From positions 2,324-34,323 of the forward strand of contig NZ_CP046206.1 in the NCBI RefSeq assembly GCF_012570145.1: a DNA stretch of 32,000 nucleotides, written 5' to 3'. The notes beneath the pieces were generated by a model. It was not told the DNA's origin, ran no database searches, and saw only the letters and a program-made list of their open reading frames with translations. This DNA is from Enterobacteriaceae endosymbiont of Donacia provostii. GTDB taxonomy: Bacteria; Pseudomonadota; Gammaproteobacteria; Enterobacterales; Enterobacteriaceae. This document shows positions 27,603-32,000 of the stretch, one piece after another. The first letter of the stretch is position 1; each line of letters starts with the position of its first letter. The position numbers and the translations under genes were made by a program.

Positions 27603-29678
27603 TTAAAATAGATTATTTTTATTTTTTTTAAAAAAATTAATTATTTGATCTTCACTAAAAATTTTAATATTAAAATTTTTTGCTTTTGATAATTTTAAAC
27701 CAGGATTAGTACCAAGAATTAATATATTAGTTTTTTTACTAATATTTGTATTTATATTAGCACCTAAAATAATTAATTTATTTATAATATCTTTTCTTTT
27801 AGAAAAAGAAAATTTACCAGTAATGGAAACTTGTTTTTGGTAAAAAACATTATTTTTTATATTATTTTTAGGATAAATAATATTTATTTTTTTTAATAAT
27901 TGATAAATTAAAAAAATATTATCTTGATTTGTAGTAAAATTTAAAATATTTATTGCATTTTTTTTTCCTATGCCAATTATATTATATAATTGAGCTATAT
28001 TAGTATTTAAAAAATTATTTAATGTTTTATAATACAATGATATATTATATGATGTTACTTTTCCAATACCAGGAATACTTAAAGCAAATAAAAATTTATT
28101 TAATGTTACATTTCTTTTTTCTTTTAAAGATGTTAAAATTCTTTGGATAGACTTTGTTCCTAAATTCTTTATTTTTAATAAAATTTCTTGATGTAAATTT
28201 AATAAATCTAAAACATTTTTTATTAAATTTTGTTCTACAAGTTTATCAATTAATTTATCTCCTATAAAATTAATATTTATAGCTTCTCTAGAAATAAAAT
28301 GTTTTAAATATGCTTTTAATTGAGATTTACAAGATAATCCTTTTAAACAATATAAATAATTTTTTTTTATTTTAAGTATATAATTACAACTAGGACAAAA
28401 TTTAGGTATAAAAATTTTTTTAATTTTTTTAAAATCTTTTTTTTTTTTAATAACGTTTATAATTTTAGGAATTACATCTCCACACCTTTGTATAATAATT
28501 GTATCTCCTATATTTAAATCTAATTTTTTAATTTCATTAATATTATATAATGTAGCATAATTAATATTAACACCACCAATGTTTACTGTATTAAATTTAG
28601 CAACTGGGGTTAAAATACCTGTTCTTCCAATTTGAAAAGTAATTTTTTTTAATAATGTTATTTTTTCTTGTGAAGGAAATTTATATGCAATTGCCCATTT
28701 AGGAGCACGATTAGTATATCCAATTATATTTTGTTGTTTAATACTATTAATTTTAATAACAATACCGTCAATATTATAAGGTAATATATTTCTATATTCT
28801 AAAAAATATTTATAATAATTAGTAACATCTTGATAAGAAAAAAAAATTTTATTATATTTAGATATTGGAATGCCAATATATTGTAAATAATCTAATATTT
28901 TTTTTTGATTTGAAAAAAATGGTTGACTAACAAAACCAATACCATAACTTAAAAAGTTTAATAGATTTAAATTATTTTTATTATAATTTTTAGTTAATTT
29001 TAAAATACCATACGCTGCACTTCTAGTATTACTAAATATTTTAGATTGAATAATTTTTTTTTGATTTAATATTTTAAAATTATTTTTTGAAATAAAAATT
29101 TCTCCTCTAACTTCTAGATATTTAGGAAAAACCTTACTTTTTAAGGTATGAGGAATATCTTTAATTTGTAATATATTTTTAGTAATATTTTCTCCTATTA
29201 ATCCATTACCTCTTGTTGCAGCACTAAATAATATTCCATTTTTATAAAATAAATTAACTGCTATTCCATCAATTTTTAATTCACAACATAATTGACATTT
29301 ATTAATTATTTTTTTTATAGGGAAAAAAAATTTTTTTAATAAATCATGTTGATTAAAAACATTATTTAATGATAACATTACCATCTTATGTTTTATTTTA
29401 GGATATAGTAATAATGAATCAACACCTACCAATTGAGTAGGTGAATATTTATTTTTTAAATTAGGATATAAATTTTCTAATTTTTTTAATTTATTAATTA
29501 ATTTATCATATTGATAATCTAAAATATCAGAATTATTTAAAATATAATATTTATAATTATAATTATTAATTATTTTACGTAATTTTATAATTTTTTTTTT
29601 ATAAAAAAAAATTTTAGAAATTTTATATAAAACATTTATTAATTTATGAATATAAAATTTTAAATTTTTTTCTTCCAT
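27603..29678 (-). CDS. ligA: NAD-dependent DNA ligase. The annotated ATG gives an N-terminal extension of about 23 aa and overlaps the cysS 3' end
   Basis: 691 aa. Domain Ia Y..YD.L, adenylation motif CELKIDG.A, SAATRG.G..GE.IT.N, EVRGE.F, four-Cys zinc finger CPSC...C.....C, HhH repeats (LGIPGIG-like) and a C-terminal BRCT (V.ITGKF...R.....I..LGA). Confidence 0.94.
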   Translation of the reverse strand: MEEKNLKFYIHKLINVLYKISKIFFYKKKIIKLRKIINNYNYKYYILNNSDILDYQYDKLINKLKKLENLYPNLKNKYSPTQLVGVDSLLLYPKIKHKMVMLSLNNVFNQHDLLKKFFFPIKKIINKCQLCCELKIDGIAVNLFYKNGILFSAATRGNGLIGENITKNILQIKDIPHTLKSKVFPKYLEVRGEIFISKNNFKILNQKKIIQSKIFSNTRSAAYGILKLTKNYNKNNLNLLNFLSYGIGFVSQPFFSNQKKILDYLQYIGIPISKYNKIFFSYQDVTNYYKYFLEYRNILPYNIDGIVIKINSIKQQNIIGYTNRAPKWAIAYKFPSQEKITLLKKITFQIGRTGILTPVAKFNTVNIGGVNINYATLYNINEIKKLDLNIGDTIIIQRCGDVIPKIINVIKKKKDFKKIKKIFIPKFCPSCNYILKIKKNYLYCLKGLSCKSQLKAYLKHFISREAININFIGDKLIDKLVEQNLIKNVLDLLNLHQEILLKIKNLGTKSIQRILTSLKEKRNVTLNKFLFALSIPGIGKVTSYNISLYYKTLNNFLNTNIAQLYNIIGIGKKNAINILNFTTNQDNIFLIYQLLKKINIIYPKNNIKNNVFYQKQVSITGKFSFSKRKDIINKLIILGANINTNISKKTNILILGTNPGLKLSKAKNFNIKIFSEDQIINFFKKNKNNLF

Positions 29679-31066
29679 ATAGTTCCATTAATAGTATCTT
29701 CTAAAAGAATATTTTTATTTTCTAATTGTTTTCTAATTAAATCTGCTTTTTCCCATAATTTATTATTTCTAGCAATATTACGTTCTTTTATTAATTTTTG
29801 AATTTTATTTTTATCATAAAAATATTTTAAATTTATATTACTTTTCAAATATTTTTTAGGATTATAAAATAAAAGACCTAAAATATTACCTAATTTTTTT
29901 AATTTTAATATTAAATAATTAGTTATCAAATATTTTTTTTGTTTATAAGCAATATTTATTTTTTTTGAAATTTTAAATAAAATACTATATGCTTTAGGAG
30001 TATTAAAATCATTATTCATAGCATTATAAAATTTTTGTTCTAATAAAAAAAATTTATTTTTTAAATTTTGTACATCATATAAACTGTTCTTAACAGATAA
30101 AGAAATATATAATTTTTTTAAAACTTTTTCTGCTTGTTTTAATTTTATTTCATCATATATAATAGGACTACGATAATGAGTAGCAGTTAAAAAATATCTT
30201 ACAACTTCTTTATTATATGTTAATAAAATATCTTTTATTTTTAAAGTATTTCTTAAAGATTTTGACATTTTTTTATTATTAATAATAATCATTCCTGTAT
30301 GTATCCAATAATTAACAAAAAAATTTTTATCTATACAAGAAGATTGTGCTAATTCATTTTCATGATGAGGAAAAATTAAATCATTACCTCCACCATGTAT
30401 ATCAAAATATTTTCCTAAATATTTATAACTTAAGGTAGAACATTCTATATGCCATCCAGGACGACCATATCCCCAAGGAGATTCCCAACCTATATCTAAT
30501 TTATTAGTTAATTTCCATAATATAAAATCACTATAATTTTTTTTAAAATTAATATTTTTAATTCTAAACGTTGATTTTAATAAACTAATTTTTTGTTTAG
30601 ATAATATTCCATAATTTAAATATTTTTGAATAGAAAACATAATATCACCATTTTTGGAAATATATGCGCTTTTATTAATTAATAATTTTTTTATTATTAA
30701 AATAATATCATTTATATGATCAGTAACTTTAGGTTCAAAATTAGGAGTTAATATATTTAAATCATTTAGATCTTTAGAAATTTTATTAATTATATTTTTT
30801 GTAAAATCTATAATATTATATTTTTTTTTTTTTATTATTTGAATTATTTTATCATCAATATCAGTAATATTTCTTATATATTTAACTTTATAACCTAAAA
30901 ATTGTAAATACCTAATAATAATATCAAATATAATAAAAGTTCTTCCATGTCCAATATGACATAAATCATATGCAGTTATACCACATAAATAAATTTTTAC
31001 CTGTTTTTTATTAATAGGGAAAAATTTTTCTTTTTTTTTACTTAATGTATTAAAAATTTTTAACAT
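29660..31066 (-). CDS. cysS: cysteine--tRNA ligase. The start MLKIFNTL at 31066 is preferred by homology, with an alternative ATG at 31078
   Basis: MLKIFNTL... matches the E. coli CysS N-terminus exactly. CGIT.YD.CHIGHGRTF, NITDIDDKII, GRPGWHIECS, DIHGGG.DL.FPHHENE.AQS, KMSKS and C-terminal W.KADLIR..L...I.LED...GT.W. Confidence 0.95.
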   Translation of the reverse strand: MLKIFNTLSKKKEKFFPINKKQVKIYLCGITAYDLCHIGHGRTFIIFDIIIRYLQFLGYKVKYIRNITDIDDKIIQIIKKKKYNIIDFTKNIINKISKDLNDLNILTPNFEPKVTDHINDIILIIKKLLINKSAYISKNGDIMFSIQKYLNYGILSKQKISLLKSTFRIKNINFKKNYSDFILWKLTNKLDIGWESPWGYGRPGWHIECSTLSYKYLGKYFDIHGGGNDLIFPHHENELAQSSCIDKNFFVNYWIHTGMIIINNKKMSKSLRNTLKIKDILLTYNKEVVRYFLTATHYRSPIIYDEIKLKQAEKVLKKLYISLSVKNSLYDVQNLKNKFFLLEQKFYNAMNNDFNTPKAYSILFKISKKINIAYKQKKYLITNYLILKLKKLGNILGLLFYNPKKYLKSNINLKYFYDKNKIQKLIKERNIARNNKLWEKADLIRKQLENKNILLEDTINGTIWKKKI

Positions 31067-31156
31067 TGATTTTCTCATAATAAGAAATTTTATATAATAT
31101 TTTTTTATAGAAAATATATTTTATATAAAAAATTTAAAAAATATTTTATAAAAAAT

Positions 31157-32000
31157 TTAAATATTTTCGTTATTATAATAACTAGAATAGTTATCAAAAC
31201 GTGTAATTTGATTGTTAAAAATTAATTTTATAGTTCCAATAGGTCCATTTCTTTGTTTTCCTATAATTATTTCAGCAATACCATGTAAATTAGTATTTTC
31301 ATTATATACTTCATCTCTATAAATAAACATAATAAGATCTGCATCTTGTTCTATAGAACCTGATTCTCTTAAATCAGAATTCATTGGTCGTTTATCTGAT
31401 CTTTGTTCTAAAGATCTGTTTAATTGTGATAACGCAATTACAGGTACACGTAATTCTTTAGCTAAAGCTTTTAATGAACGAGAAATTTCTGAAATTTCTA
31501 AAGTTCTATTAAAAGATAAAGATGGTACTCTAATTAATTGTAAATAATCAATCATTATTAAACATAATCCATCATGTTCTCTAAATAGTTTCCTAGAACG
31601 TGATCTAATTTCTGTAGGAGTTAATTCTGAAGAATCATCAATATATATATTTTTTCTTTTTAATAATATTTCCATAGTAGCTGATATTTTTTTCCAATCA
31701 TCATCATTTAGTTGTCCTGTACGAATTTTACTTTGATGTACACGAGAAAGAGATGCTAACATACGAATCATAATTTGTTCACAAGGCATCTCTAAACTAA
31801 ATATCAAAACAGGTTTATCTTGAGAAATAGCTATATATTCACAAATATTCATTGCTAATGTAGTTTTACCCATAGCAGGACGAGCAGCAATTATTATAAG
31901 ATCTGATTTTTGTAATCCAGCTGTTTTTTTATTTAATTCATGATAACCAGTATCTATACCTGTAATACCATTTTTAGGCATATTATAAAATGATTCGATT
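31157..32000 (-). CDS. dnaB: replicative DNA helicase DnaB, C-terminal part (5' end lies beyond the window)
   Basis: The frame stays open to the window edge (..IESFYNMPKNGITGIDTGY..). Walker A AARPAMGKTT, IDYLQL, SR.LKALAKEL.VPV.ALSQLNR..E.R.DKRP..SDLRESG.IEQDADLI.FIYRDE.Y and IIGKQRNGP.G match E. coli DnaB. Confidence 0.96.
   Translation of the reverse strand, partial: IESFYNMPKNGITGIDTGYHELNKKTAGLQKSDLIIIAARPAMGKTTLAMNICEYIAISQDKPVLIFSLEMPCEQIMIRMLASLSRVHQSKIRTGQLNDDDWKKISATMEILLKRKNIYIDDSSELTPTEIRSRSRKLFREHDGLCLIMIDYLQLIRVPSLSFNRTLEISEISRSLKALAKELRVPVIALSQLNRSLEQRSDKRPMNSDLRESGSIEQDADLIMFIYRDEVYNENTNLHGIAEIIIGKQRNGPIGTIKLIFNNQITRFDNYSSYYNNENI

Overview
This window is a gene-dense, extremely AT-rich stretch. 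By eye it is roughly one-fifth G+C outside the RNA genes, with Lys/Asn/Ile-rich proteins, mostly TAA stops, and spacers usually under 150 bp. That is typical of a reduced-genome gammaproteobacterial (Enterobacterales-derived) insect endosymbiont of the Buchnera/Wigglesworthia/Blochmannia kind. I cannot name the organism from sequence alone. The standard code applies: Trp is TGG and full-length orthologues show no in-frame TGA.

Content in order: 3' 2.8 kb of 23S rRNA, 5S rRNA, murB, aroQ(-), mreBCD, tusE(-), tRNA-Ser(UGA)(-), rsmI, RNase P RNA, folD(-), tRNA-Arg(UCU), metB-like(-), tRNA-Lys and tRNA-Val(-), gltX, hspQ(-), alr. Next is a co-directional minus-strand string ftsY-rpoH-ssb-rnb-ydjM-metG. 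Then rsmD, tusA(-), recA, alaS, csrA, tRNA-Ser(GCU), tRNA-Arg(ACG), dapD(-), ligA(-), cysS(-) and the 3' part of dnaB(-). Several blocks keep E. coli-type synteny with intervening genes deleted: rrl-rrf-murB, ftsY-[ftsEX lost]-rpoH, recA-[recX lost]-alaS-csrA-serV-argV, and Val/Lys tRNAs next to gltX.

I see no mobile elements, CRISPR, defence or toxin genes, foreign islands, or unassigned ORFs of meaningful size. Every ORF over 100 aa has a clear housekeeping identity. I therefore find no support for a novel multi-gene system here.

The observations worth a second look are small-scale:
- a hairpin presenting the csrA Shine-Dalgarno GGA in its loop
- a RecA lacking its acidic C-terminal tail, with recX and LexA boxes absent
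- a full-length metB-like ORF with the PLP-anchoring Asp replaced by Tyr
- long poly(A) tracts inside essential genes (A16 in rpoH)
- stable-RNA to mRNA junctions of about 20 nt
- tRNA genes without encoded CCA
- a few statistically unusual palindromes in divergent promoter regions
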